Assembly: GCA_001768235.1 (NCBI GenBank) | Contig: MENK01000031.1 | Location: forward strand, 7,294-71,293 | DNA from: Bacteroidetes bacterium GWB2_32_14 | GTDB taxonomy: Bacteria > Bacteroidota > Bacteroidia > Bacteroidales > UBA12077 | Direction of reading: 5' to 3' | Length of the DNA stretch: 64,000 nt | Shown here: in pieces, positions 48,138 through 57,628 of the stretch | Position numbering within the stretch: the stretch's first letter is position 1 | Layout: the number at the start of each line of letters is the position of its first letter | The notes under the pieces: model-generated | Seen by the model: only the letters and a program-made list of their open reading frames with translations | Told to the model about the DNA's origin: nothing | The model's database searches: none | Made by a program: the position numbers and the translations under genes

Positions 48138-48959
48138 TCATTGGATTTGTTCTTCTATTTTGTTTTGTTCGGCCTGAAGCAAATTGCTAACTACATATAC
48201 ATTTCTTATATTTTTAAAATCAACAGACAAGTCAATTTTTATTTCATAAAAACTTCCTGTTTTCTCTTCAAAATCATTGATATAGCCAATAATTATACCT
48301 TCGGGATAGATGGATGAAAATCCGCTTGTAATGATTGTATCACCAATTTGGATATCAGCATGCAAAGGAATTTCGTTTAAAGTTGCATATCGATAATTTT
48401 TGCCATCCCAGCTTAACGAACCAAAATAGTTATTCTTTTTAATTTTTGCACTAATCTTGTATTCAAGATTTAAAAGCGAAATAACCGTTGAATAATTTGC
48501 AGAAACACCTTTAACAATACCAACAACACCATCTTTCGAAACAACAGCCATTTCGGGCCTGATACCATGCAATAATCCCTTGTTAAGTGTTAAGAAATTG
48601 TGTTTTTTATTTACAGAATTATTTACAATTTGGGCAGATATATATGAATACTGTTGATTTAAAACGGTATCCAGAACATTTCCATAAATAACTTCGTTTG
48701 ATTTATTGGTTGATTCAAGTAAATTTAATAACCGGGTATTTTCTTCGATGAGTTTATTATTTTCTTCTTCGAGAGATAAATATTGCCTGATATTTGAAAC
48801 CCGGGTATAGTATCTCCCCGACAGCTGTCTGGACATATTTACCACCCCGGCATGTTGAAAATTGTTATTATTAATTAATAAAATAATTGAAAATGTTTCG
48901 ATAAGTAAGAACAGGACTAAAAAATGGATTCGTAATATAAAATCGAGCAAGCTTCTCAT
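48138..48959 (-). CDS. mreC: Rod shape-determining protein MreC
   Basis: N-terminal TM and coiled coil, LNKG..HGI.PEMAV...GVVG, GDTIITSG..IYPEGI.IG motifs. Confidence 0.93.
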   Translation of the reverse strand: MRSLLDFILRIHFLVLFLLIETFSIILLINNNNFQHAGVVNMSRQLSGRYYTRVSNIRQYLSLEEENNKLIEENTRLLNLLESTNKSNEVIYGNVLDTVLNQQYSYISAQIVNNSVNKKHNFLTLNKGLLHGIRPEMAVVSKDGVVGIVKGVSANYSTVISLLNLEYKISAKIKKNNYFGSLSWDGKNYRYATLNEIPLHADIQIGDTIITSGFSSIYPEGIIIGYINDFEEKTGSFYEIKIDLSVDFKNIRNVYVVSNLLQAEQNKIEEQIQ

Positions 48960-48986
48960 AATTCTTCAACTTATCGAAAATTCATA

Positions 48987-50009
48987 TTATCTCATTAAGA
49001 ATGTAAATCGATCAACATTTTTAAGAGCAATACCAGTACCCCGGGCAACAGCATGTAACGGATCTTCTGCTACCCTGAATGTAATTCCTATTTTGTCGGT
49101 AAGTCGTTTATCAAGGCCTCGCATTAAAGCACCTCCCCCGGCTAAGTAAACTCCCTCGTTAACTATATCTGCATAAAGTTCGGGTGGAGTTTGTTCCAAA
49201 ACACCAAGAATGGCAGTTTCAACTTTTGAGAAGGATTTATCAAGGCAATGTGAAATCTCCTGGTACGAAACAGGTATTTCAACAGGCATTGCTGTCATTA
49301 AATTGGGGCCACGAACAATATAATCTTCTGGTGGGGAGTCAAGCTCTGGCAAACAAGAACCAACATTTATTTTAATATCTTCGGCTGTACGTTCGCCAAC
49401 TTTAATGTTGTGCTGATGGCGCATATAAGCCTGAATATCAGCAGTAAATGCATCACCGGCTATTCGGATTGATTTATTACAAACTATTCCACCTAAAGCA
49501 ATTACGGCAACTTCAGTAGTACCGCCACCAATATCAACAACCATGCTTCCCTTTGGGGCTTCGACATCAAGTCCTATACCAATTGCCGCGGCCATAGGTT
49601 CATAAATCATATAAACATCACGTCCGCCGGCATGTTCTGATGAATCACGAACAGCTCTCATTTCAACTTCAGTACTTCCTGAAGGAATACAAACAACCAT
49701 TCGTAATGAAGGAGCAAACAACTGAGGTTTATTGTTAATCATTTTTATCATTCCCCGAATCATAAGTTCTGCTGCATTAAAATCTGCAATAACGCCGTCT
49801 TTCAATGGCCTTATGGTTCGAATATTAACGTGGGTTTTTCCATGCATCTGGCGCGCTGTATTTCCAATAGCGACAAGTTTCCCTGTTAACTGATCAACTG
49901 CAACTATCGAGGGTTCATCAACAACAATCTTATCGTTATGTATGATGATGGTATTAGCTGTTCCTAAATCGATAGCTAATTCCTGTGTGAAAAATGAAAA
50001 CAATCCCAT
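48987..50009 (-). CDS. mreB: Actin-like MreB
   Basis: IDLGTANT, RPLKDGVIADF, EPMAAAIG, DIGGGTTE and LAGGGALMRG motifs. Confidence 0.98.
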   Translation of the reverse strand: MGLFSFFTQELAIDLGTANTIIIHNDKIVVDEPSIVAVDQLTGKLVAIGNTARQMHGKTHVNIRTIRPLKDGVIADFNAAELMIRGMIKMINNKPQLFAPSLRMVVCIPSGSTEVEMRAVRDSSEHAGGRDVYMIYEPMAAAIGIGLDVEAPKGSMVVDIGGGTTEVAVIALGGIVCNKSIRIAGDAFTADIQAYMRHQHNIKVGERTAEDIKINVGSCLPELDSPPEDYIVRGPNLMTAMPVEIPVSYQEISHCLDKSFSKVETAILGVLEQTPPELYADIVNEGVYLAGGGALMRGLDKRLTDKIGITFRVAEDPLHAVARGTGIALKNVDRFTFLMR

Positions 50010-50038
50010 TATCTTGATGTATTATTAAGTTGTTTATA

Positions 50039-51565
50039 TTAATGTTTAAAATGTCTTATCCCTGTAAATACCATTGCAATATCATGTTTATTGCAATAAT
50101 CAATAGAATCCTGATCTTTAACCGACCCCCCCGGCTGAATTACAGAAGTAATACCTGCTTTACCAGCTATTTCAACTGAATCGGCAAAAGGGAAAAAAGC
50201 ATCCGATGCCATAACAGCTCCCTGTAAATCAAATCCAAACTGATTTGCTTTTATTATTGCCTGTTTTAATGCATCAACACGCGATGTTTGTCCTACACCG
50301 CTTGCACACAGTTGTTTGTTTTTTGCCAAAACAATCGTATTTGATTTTGAATGTTTAACCAATTTATTGGCAAAAATTAAATCCTGAATTGCAATTGTAT
50401 CAGGAGATTTTAATGTAACAACTTTCATGTCGCTTTCGGTTTCCATTTTTAAATCCCTGTTTTGCAATATTACACCATTTAGTAATGATCTGAACTGAAT
50501 ATCTGGGAAATTATTTATCTTCTGAACAAGAATTATCCTGTTTTTCTTTTCTTTTAAGATATTAAGGGCGGCTGTATCATAAGCCGGGGCAATTATTACT
50601 TCAAAGAATATTTTATTTACTTCTTCAGCAGTAGTTTTATCAATTGGCTTATTTGTAATTAAAATTCCCCCATAAGCAGAAACAGGGTCTCCCGCTAAAG
50701 CTGCAATCCATGCATCTGTAAGATTTTCCCGTGATGCAATTCCACAGGCGTTGTTATGTTTTAAAATAGCAAAGGTAGCTTCCGTGAACTCTGAAATAAG
50801 CTGAACTGCCGCTTCAATATCAAGTAAATTGTTGTAAGATATCTGTTTACCATTTAGCTGATCGAAAGCTTCATTTAAATTCCCAAAGAAAAATCCTTTT
50901 TGATGAGGATTTTCTCCATATCGCAACTCTTCTCCCTGGTTTATGCTTTGTTTAAAAACCGTTTTTGAAAAATCCTTATTAAAATAATTGAAAATTGCTG
51001 TATCGTAATGAGAAGAAACATTAAATGCCTCAAGAGCAAACCTTTTACGATCGGTTAATGAAGTATAGCCATTCTTTAAATCCAGTATATTTATAAAGTC
51101 ATGATACAAATCTTTTGAAGGAACAATTAACGTATCGTTAAAATTTTTAGCAGTAGCACGTATTAATGATATTCCGCCAATATCAATTTTTTCAATAATT
51201 TCCTGCTCGTTTGCACCGGAAGCAACTGTTGCTTCAAAAGGATATAAATCAACAATTACTAAATCTATCTCGGGAATCTGATACTCTTCAATTTGTTTTT
51301 TATCTGATTCGTTATTCCGGCGGGTAAGAATTCCCCCGAAAATTTTAGGATGTAAGGTTTTTACCCGTCCTCCAAGTATTGAAGGGTAGTTTGTTAAATC
51401 TTCAACAGCGGTTACCGGAACTCCTAATTTTTCGATGTAGTCTTTTGTTCCCCCGGTAGAAAATATTTTTACATGTAATTGGTTCAGTTTTTTTATGATG
51501 GGCTCTAAATTTGTTTTATCATAAACAGATATAAGAGCCGATTTTATTTGTTTTAACTCTTTCAT
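50039..51565 (-). CDS. purH: Bifunctional AICAR transformylase / IMP cyclohydrolase
   Basis: ALISVYDK, GGRVKTLHP, IDIGG, LRYGENPHQ, KHNNACG, SDAFFPF and RHFKH motifs. Confidence 0.98.
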   Translation of the reverse strand: MKELKQIKSALISVYDKTNLEPIIKKLNQLHVKIFSTGGTKDYIEKLGVPVTAVEDLTNYPSILGGRVKTLHPKIFGGILTRRNNESDKKQIEEYQIPEIDLVIVDLYPFEATVASGANEQEIIEKIDIGGISLIRATAKNFNDTLIVPSKDLYHDFINILDLKNGYTSLTDRKRFALEAFNVSSHYDTAIFNYFNKDFSKTVFKQSINQGEELRYGENPHQKGFFFGNLNEAFDQLNGKQISYNNLLDIEAAVQLISEFTEATFAILKHNNACGIASRENLTDAWIAALAGDPVSAYGGILITNKPIDKTTAEEVNKIFFEVIIAPAYDTAALNILKEKKNRIILVQKINNFPDIQFRSLLNGVILQNRDLKMETESDMKVVTLKSPDTIAIQDLIFANKLVKHSKSNTIVLAKNKQLCASGVGQTSRVDALKQAIIKANQFGFDLQGAVMASDAFFPFADSVEIAGKAGITSVIQPGGSVKDQDSIDYCNKHDIAMVFTGIRHFKH

Positions 51566-51719
51566 TTACATGCTTATATTAAACTTTTTTTACTGTAAGA
51601 ATTTTAAGAAACTTTTTAAAAAAAAGTTGTCAAAAAATCAATCTTTTTTTTGGGAAAAACTTATTTTTAATAATTGTTCGAAAATATAAATAATACATCA
51701 AAAAAAAAATTAGGATGTG

Positions 51720-51727
51720 TATATTTG
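51720..51727 (+). promoter_or_regulatory. -7 promoter element (TATATTTG) of the ABC permease gene
   Basis: TAnnTTTG 24 bp upstream of the ATG at 51752. Confidence 0.55.
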
Positions 51728-51751
51728 TTAAAAATATTTTATACCCGACAA

Positions 51752-53011
51752 ATGCTTATATTTAATCTGATAAAAGAAAGTTTTCTGTTTGCCTTTAATG
51801 CCCTTAAAGTAAATCGATTACGAACGTTACTCACTTTGCTGGGAATAACCATTGGTATTTTTGCAATTATATCGGTATTTACAATTCTGGATTCGTTAGA
51901 AAACACCATACGAAATAGTTTTGCTTCATTAGGCGACGATATTATCTATGTTCAGAAATGGCCATGGACACCGCCCCCTGGAGAGGAATATGCCTGGTGG
52001 GAGTATTTAAAACGTCCGGTACCATCAATAAAAGAATACGAACAAATAAAAAAACGTTCTGAAAAGGCACTCTCGGTAAATTTTGCAGTATCCGCGTTGC
52101 GAAATGTAAAATATAAAAATACTACTGCCGAGAATGTTGTTCTTTGGGCAAACTCGCATGAATTCGAAAAAATCAGAAGCTTTGAACTAGCCAGGGGGCG
52201 ATATTTTACACCCTTTGAATCCAGTGCAGGTAAAAACATATGCCTTATAGGCCATGAAGTTGCGGTCAATCTTTTTAATGGAGTTGACCCTGTTGGAAAG
52301 GAAATAAAAATACAAGGCCGAAAAATAACTGTTGTGGGTGTAATCCAAAAAGAAGGAAAGGACATACTTGGCGGTGGAGGTACGCTCGATGAAATGGTTA
52401 TCCTTCCTGTTGTATATGCCAAAAACCTCATGGATATTAAGAGTGAAAACTCAAACCCGATGATAATGGTAAAAGCAAAACCGGGAGTAAGTATGCCGGA
52501 ATTAAAAGATGAACTTAAAAGTATCATTCGATCAACCAGAACACTCAATCCTAAAGAGAAAGATGATTTTGCCCTTAATCAATCCAGTTTAATTACTTCA
52601 AGTCTCGATCAGATTTTTGTGGTTATTAACCTTGCAGGATGGCTGATTGGTGGATTTTCGATTCTTGTTGGAGGGTTTGGTATCGCGAATATCATGTTTG
52701 TATCTGTAAAAGAACGTACCAATATTATCGGGATTCAAAAAGCCCTGGGCGCAAAACGATTTTTTATATTATTCCAGTTTTTATTCGAATCGGTTTTATT
52801 ATCGCTTGTTGGAGGCTCTTTGGGCTTACTCATGATATTTTTTGGTAGTTTGTATGCCAATACACAATCGGAACTTGAAATCGTACTTACTTTTGGAAAT
52901 ATTATCCTGGGGTTATCAATTTCGGCTGTTATCGGGATTATTTCAGGATTTGCCCCTGCCCGATCGGCTGCTAAACTCAACCCTGTTGAAGCTATAAATA
53001 CGACCTTTTAA
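51752..53011 (+). CDS. MacB/FtsX-type ABC transporter permease (no adjacent ATPase)
   Basis: RTLLTLLGITIG, large periplasmic domain, GGFGIANIMFVSVKERT..IGIQKALGA and PARSAAKLNPVEA motifs. The ATG at 51752 is preferred over 51674. Confidence 0.9.
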   Translation: MLIFNLIKESFLFAFNALKVNRLRTLLTLLGITIGIFAIISVFTILDSLENTIRNSFASLGDDIIYVQKWPWTPPPGEEYAWWEYLKRPVPSIKEYEQIKKRSEKALSVNFAVSALRNVKYKNTTAENVVLWANSHEFEKIRSFELARGRYFTPFESSAGKNICLIGHEVAVNLFNGVDPVGKEIKIQGRKITVVGVIQKEGKDILGGGGTLDEMVILPVVYAKNLMDIKSENSNPMIMVKAKPGVSMPELKDELKSIIRSTRTLNPKEKDDFALNQSSLITSSLDQIFVVINLAGWLIGGFSILVGGFGIANIMFVSVKERTNIIGIQKALGAKRFFILFQFLFESVLLSLVGGSLGLLMIFFGSLYANTQSELEIVLTFGNIILGLSISAVIGIISGFAPARSAAKLNPVEAINTTF

Positions 53012-53025
53012 ATTCCTGATTTATT

Positions 53026-53045
53026 ATGTTAAAATCATGTTAAAA
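53026..53045 (+). promoter_or_regulatory. Tandem direct repeat ATGTTAAAA x2 at 11-bp period, possible regulator site
   Basis: Copies at 53026-53034 and 53037-53045, 35-55 bp upstream of the -7 box at 53080-53087. Confidence 0.3.
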
Positions 53046-53079
53046 AACCACTTTTCAAAGGAATTTAACTATTGAATTG

Positions 53080-53087
53080 TATATTTG
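53080..53087 (+). promoter_or_regulatory. -7 promoter element (TATATTTG) of the lipoprotein/PepSY pair
   Basis: TAnnTTTG 41 bp upstream of the ATG. Confidence 0.6.
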
Positions 53088-53128
53088 CAAAAAATACACT
53101 TTTATAAAAACCATAAAATCACGAACCT

Positions 53129-53716
53129 ATGATTAAAAAAGTATTGGGAACATTAACAATTGTTGCATTAATATATTCATGCGGAACAAAACAAGAGAAA
53201 GCCGAAAACACAATCGAGAAAATAAAAATTGAAGATTTAATGGCCAATATCGATAATTATATCGATACAGATATTGCCATTGGCGGAATTGTAAATCATG
53301 TATGTGCACATGGTGGCAAAAGATTGTTTTTGGTTTCTGAAAATTCTGATGTTACCATTAAAGTTATTCCTACTGAAGCATTCGGAGTATTTAATAAAGA
53401 ACTCGAGGGAAGCTCTGTTTATGTATATGGCATAGTTAAAGAGCTAAGAATTGATGATGCATATATTAATGATTTAGAAAAAGAAATGAGCGAAGGAGTT
53501 GAGTCAGAAGCTACTCATGATGGAAATCATTCGGGAGAAGAAGAAACAACCGGTATTGACAGTTCCCAGGTTCAGAAAATTGCTGAAATGCGTCAGGAAG
53601 TTGCAGCATCGGGCAAAGGATATATATCACAATACTGGATTGAATGTAACAAGATAGAAGCAATTGAAGAAACGGGAACAGAAGTTGTAGAAAAAGCCGT
53701 AGAAGCTGAAAAATAA
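53129..53716 (+). CDS. Hypothetical lipoprotein, probable OB-fold with an HxCxH motif
   Basis: Lipobox IYSC, G.V.HVCAHGGKRLFL, acidic His-containing loop ATHDGNHS, and YWIEC. Confidence 0.75.
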   Translation: MIKKVLGTLTIVALIYSCGTKQEKAENTIEKIKIEDLMANIDNYIDTDIAIGGIVNHVCAHGGKRLFLVSENSDVTIKVIPTEAFGVFNKELEGSSVYVYGIVKELRIDDAYINDLEKEMSEGVESEATHDGNHSGEEETTGIDSSQVQKIAEMRQEVAASGKGYISQYWIECNKIEAIEETGTEVVEKAVEAEK

Positions 53717-53737
53717 AATTCAATTTTTATACTTTTA

Positions 53738-53774
53738 GTCCGGGAAACGAAAATTGTTTTTCGGGCTTTTTTTT
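53738..53774 (+). terminator. Terminator-like hairpin between the lipoprotein and PepSY genes
   Basis: GTCCGGGAAAC-GAAAATT-GTTTTTCGGGC (11 bp, three G-U pairs) followed by T8. Confidence 0.6.
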
Positions 53775-53788
53775 AAAATCCGCATCGA

Positions 53789-54355
53789 ATGAAACTTAGA
53801 AAATTAAATCGGGATTTGCACCGGGATTTAGGTTATATCTTTTTTGCCATGACCGTAATATATGGACTTTCGGGCATTGCCCTGAATCATATTGATGACT
53901 GGAACCCCAATTATGTTATCAGGAACAAAGAAGTTTCTGTAAATATTTCAACCCTGAATTTAAAAACTCTTAGTCGTGAAAATGTGATTCCCCTTTTGAA
54001 TGAAATTGCCCCGGGTGAAAAATATAAAAACCACTATTTCCCTGAAGAAGGAATCCTTAAAATTTTTATAAAGGACGGAAACATTCAGATTGATACACGA
54101 ACAGGGCAGGGAATACTTGAAACATCAAAGCGAAGGCCAATATTTCACCAGGTAAATTACCTGCATTACAACCCCAAAAAATGGTGGACTATTTTTTCCG
54201 ATATTTTTGCTGGCTCACTAATTTTATTAGCTGTAACAGGTTTGTTTGTTTTGAAAGGTAAAAATGGAATTACAGGGCGTGGAGCCTGGCTTACATCTCT
54301 TGGTATTATTATTCCTATCCTGTTTTTATTGCTATACTATTGGAATGTATTCTAA
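53789..54355 (+). CDS. PepSY-associated TM-helix protein (short form)
   Basis: RDLHRDLGY..SG.ALNH in TM1 and NYLHYNP..WW..FSD..A..L...A.TGL before TM2. Confidence 0.82.
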   Translation: MKLRKLNRDLHRDLGYIFFAMTVIYGLSGIALNHIDDWNPNYVIRNKEVSVNISTLNLKTLSRENVIPLLNEIAPGEKYKNHYFPEEGILKIFIKDGNIQIDTRTGQGILETSKRRPIFHQVNYLHYNPKKWWTIFSDIFAGSLILLAVTGLFVLKGKNGITGRGAWLTSLGIIIPILFLLLYYWNVF

Positions 54356-55710
54356 AAAATTGCAAAGAACAATCTTCCAATCATAAGATAAAGGAATAAT
54401 CCCATAATATCGTTAACCGTTGTAATAAATGGCCCCGTGGCTAACGCAGGGTCAATTTTCATTTTTCCAAGAAACATGGGAACAAAAGTGCCAAAGAGTG
54501 ATGCAAATATGATAACCGAGAATAATGCGCAACTTACTGTAATTGTTAAAGCAAAACTATCGCTAAAAAAATAATTGTAAGTAAAAATAACCGTAGAAAG
54601 GATAATTCCATTTATTCCTGCAACCAGCAACTCTTTGGATAGTTTCTTTCCTATACTGTCAAATCCCAAAGAATTTGTAGCCAATGCCTGAACAATAATT
54701 GATGAAGATTGAACACCCACATTGCCTCCCATTGCAGCTATAAGAGGTATAAAAAATGCCATTTGCGGATAAAGCCCCAAATCGGTTTCATAATTTCCAA
54801 TTACCAATGCCCCGATAATTCCTCCGAATAAACCGATAAATAACCAGGGAATACGTGCACGGGTCAATAACCATGGGCTATCGGAATGTTCAACATCAGT
54901 AGTAATACCTGAAACTAACTGGTAATCACGTTCAGCTTCTTCTCGCATTACATCAACCACATCATCAATAGTAATTCGCCCAACCAGCCGCCCTAATGCA
55001 TCAACAACTGGTAAAGCCACAAGGTTGTATTTCTCCATAATGTTTGCTACTTCTTCCGATTTCGTGTCGGTTCTTACAGAAATAACATCTGTATTTAATA
55101 TGTTTTTAATATTCGCGTTAGCAGAAGCCAGCAACATTCTTTTTAATGACAAGGTTCCTTTTAAAATATTATTATCATCAACAACATAAACATAATAAAC
55201 TTCATCAATTTCGGCTGCCTGTTTTCGCATTTCTTTGAGACAGGTGGGCATATTCCAGTTTTCGTTCACTGTAATAAGTTCCTTAGCCATTAACCCACCG
55301 GCAGTATCCTCATCATAATTTAAAAGATCAACAATATCTCCCGCCTGATCAAGGTCTTCTATATACGATATAACTTCTTCCTGTTTTTCATCAGATAATT
55401 CTCCAATAAGGTCGGCCGCATCGTCAGATTCCATTTTGTCGATTAACTGCTTTGCAATAAATTCGCTTGGTAAGGCTTCTAGAAACCGTTCGCGATCGTC
55501 TTCTTCAAGCTCAACCATCACATCTGCCGCCGTTTCGCCGTCGAGCAGTAAATGAAGAAATTTTGCTTCGTCAATATCCAGTTCTTCGTATATTTCAGCT
55601 ATATCGGCCGGATGAAGTTCTTTTACCATCTCGAAGGCGGCAACTTCTTCTTTATTGTCAATGTGAATACGAAGTTTATCAATAAATTCGCGTGTTAATT
55701 CAAATTGCAT
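54352..55710 (-). CDS. mgtE: Magnesium transporter MgtE
   Basis: LHPADIAE N-domain, MESDDAAD, CBS pair, AAMGGNVG and DPALATGPFITTVND motifs. Confidence 0.96.
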   Translation of the reverse strand: MQFELTREFIDKLRIHIDNKEEVAAFEMVKELHPADIAEIYEELDIDEAKFLHLLLDGETAADVMVELEEDDRERFLEALPSEFIAKQLIDKMESDDAADLIGELSDEKQEEVISYIEDLDQAGDIVDLLNYDEDTAGGLMAKELITVNENWNMPTCLKEMRKQAAEIDEVYYVYVVDDNNILKGTLSLKRMLLASANANIKNILNTDVISVRTDTKSEEVANIMEKYNLVALPVVDALGRLVGRITIDDVVDVMREEAERDYQLVSGITTDVEHSDSPWLLTRARIPWLFIGLFGGIIGALVIGNYETDLGLYPQMAFFIPLIAAMGGNVGVQSSSIIVQALATNSLGFDSIGKKLSKELLVAGINGIILSTVIFTYNYFFSDSFALTITVSCALFSVIIFASLFGTFVPMFLGKMKIDPALATGPFITTVNDIMGLFLYLMIGRLFFAIF

Positions 55711-55736
55711 AATCCGATTTTTTATTGGGTTGTTTC

Positions 55737-56513
55737 TTATTTATTTTTTTGATCTATAACATTCGTAAGATAAATAAAATCTTCTACACTTAACTGTTCC
55801 GGACGTTTTCCAAATATCTCATTATCAACCGGGATATCTGCTAAAATACTTTTCAAAGAGTTTCGCAATGTTTTACGTCTTTGATTAAATCCAAGCTTTA
55901 CAACTTTAAAGAATAAAATTTCATCACAACCTAGCGATTTTCTTGCATTTCGTTTTAAATGGATTACAGCAGAATTCACTTTCGGAGGTGGATCGAAAAC
56001 CATTGGCCCAACAGTAAATAAATAATAAATATCGTAAAAAGCCTGCAAAAACACACTCAATATTCCATAGGTTTTATTCCCGTGTGATGCTTTAATTCTG
56101 TCGGCAACTTCTTTCTGAATCATACATACAACATCTAAAACCAAATCGCGGTTTTCAAGAACCCTGAAAAATATCTGGCTTGAAATGTTATATGGAAAGT
56201 TTCCAATTATTGTAAAAGGGCTTTTAATATATTCCTGAATATCTATCTTTAGAAAATTGGCTAATAAAAGTTTCTCGTTTAGTTTAGGGAATTCAACTTT
56301 TAAGTATTCATAAGCTTCGGGATCAACTTCAACTGCATAAAAATCAAGCTCAGGATCATTAACTAAAAGGGATGTAAGTACTCCTGTTCCGGGACCAATT
56401 TCAAGTACCGTTTTTCGCGGACATTTTTCAAGTGCAGCAACAATTTTTCGGGCAATATTCTGATCTTTTAAAAAATGCTGCCCTAAACTCTTCTTTGGCC
56501 TGACGTAACTCAT
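55737..56513 (-). CDS. rsmA: 16S rRNA (adenine-N6)-dimethyltransferase
   Basis: KKSLGQHFL, EIGPGTG, GNFPYNIS, QKEVA, PPPKVNS and QRRKTLRNSL motifs. Confidence 0.97.
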   Translation of the reverse strand: MSYVRPKKSLGQHFLKDQNIARKIVAALEKCPRKTVLEIGPGTGVLTSLLVNDPELDFYAVEVDPEAYEYLKVEFPKLNEKLLLANFLKIDIQEYIKSPFTIIGNFPYNISSQIFFRVLENRDLVLDVVCMIQKEVADRIKASHGNKTYGILSVFLQAFYDIYYLFTVGPMVFDPPPKVNSAVIHLKRNARKSLGCDEILFFKVVKLGFNQRRKTLRNSLKSILADIPVDNEIFGKRPEQLSVEDFIYLTNVIDQKNK

Positions 56514-56591
56514 GGGAATTAACTTTTAACTTTTAACTTTAAACTTTCCTTGGTAAAGATCGAAAAACTTCTGCCAATATCAAATAAATGG

Positions 56592-56599
56592 TATCTTTG
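56592..56599 (+). promoter_or_regulatory. -7 promoter element (TATCTTTG)
   Basis: TAnnTTTG 24 bp upstream of the ATG at 56624. Confidence 0.55.
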
Positions 56600-56623
56600 A
56601 AACTTCATATTTGTTAAGAATTT

Positions 56624-57598
56624 ATGAATCGTAAAATTCTGAAAATCCTTTTTAGTATAACCGTTCTTATTCTCTCGTACGGTTTCATCACTTATAAAAT
56701 TACTCATTTTAACGAATTAAAATCATTCGATATTGAACCTTTCATTTATAAAACAGGGAATCTGTACTATTTTTCAATAATCATTCTACTGATGTTTATG
56801 AACTGGAACGTGGAGGCTTTAAAATGGCAAAAGCTGGTTCGAAAAATTCAAGATATCCCCTACCTAAAAGCACTTAAAGCAGTTTTTGCAGGAATAACTT
56901 TTGGAATATTTACCCCTAACCGCATTGGCGAAATAGGTGGCAGAATTTATTTCTTGGATAAAGGAAAAAGAACCTATGGTGTTTTAGCAACAAGCATTGG
57001 CAGTTATGCCCAGTTTATTGTTACCATTGCCATGGGAATATTGGGATTTACATTATTTTTACTTCTCTATCCTGAATTAATTCATATTCATTCGTTTTTT
57101 AACCAGCTAACTGCAATTCTCCTGTTTCTGCTTTTAGGAATTCTGGTTTGGAGTTTTTATAATATTAAACGAATTAAACCTGTATTGTTAAAGCTTCCTT
57201 ATTTAAAAAATAAGTCAGGGCAAATTGAGTATTTATCATATGAATCAACTAAATCGTTATCGTTCATAATATTATTGAGTGCATTAAGGTACATCGTGTT
57301 TTTTACTCAATATTATATTCTTCTTAAACTATTCGAAGTTGATATTAATTTAACCCAGGCCATTGTTTCAATAACACTAACCTACTTATTCCTGACTTTA
57401 ATACCAACCACAACACTTGTAGAATTAGGAATAAGAGGTTCGCTTGCAATATTTTTTATTGGAATTTTTTCAGAAAACACATTGGGAATTGTTCTTGCAT
57501 CCATTTTCATTTGGATTGTGAATATTGCCATTCCGGCAGTTTTAGGTTCTTTTTTCATTCTAAAAAACATCAAAACAAATAAACCAATTCCAAACTGA
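56624..57598 (+). CDS. UPF0104 / lysylphosphatidylglycerol-synthase TM-region (flippase-like) membrane protein
   Basis: NWNVEALKW, G.FTPNRIGEIGGR, RYIVF..QY and ELGIRG motifs; eight to nine TM helices. Confidence 0.85.
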   Translation: MNRKILKILFSITVLILSYGFITYKITHFNELKSFDIEPFIYKTGNLYYFSIIILLMFMNWNVEALKWQKLVRKIQDIPYLKALKAVFAGITFGIFTPNRIGEIGGRIYFLDKGKRTYGVLATSIGSYAQFIVTIAMGILGFTLFLLLYPELIHIHSFFNQLTAILLFLLLGILVWSFYNIKRIKPVLLKLPYLKNKSGQIEYLSYESTKSLSFIILLSALRYIVFFTQYYILLKLFEVDINLTQAIVSITLTYLFLTLIPTTTLVELGIRGSLAIFFIGIFSENTLGIVLASIFIWIVNIAIPAVLGSFFILKNIKTNKPIPN

Positions 57599-57628
57599 GT
57601 TGTTTCTTTAATACAAAATAAATATTGG

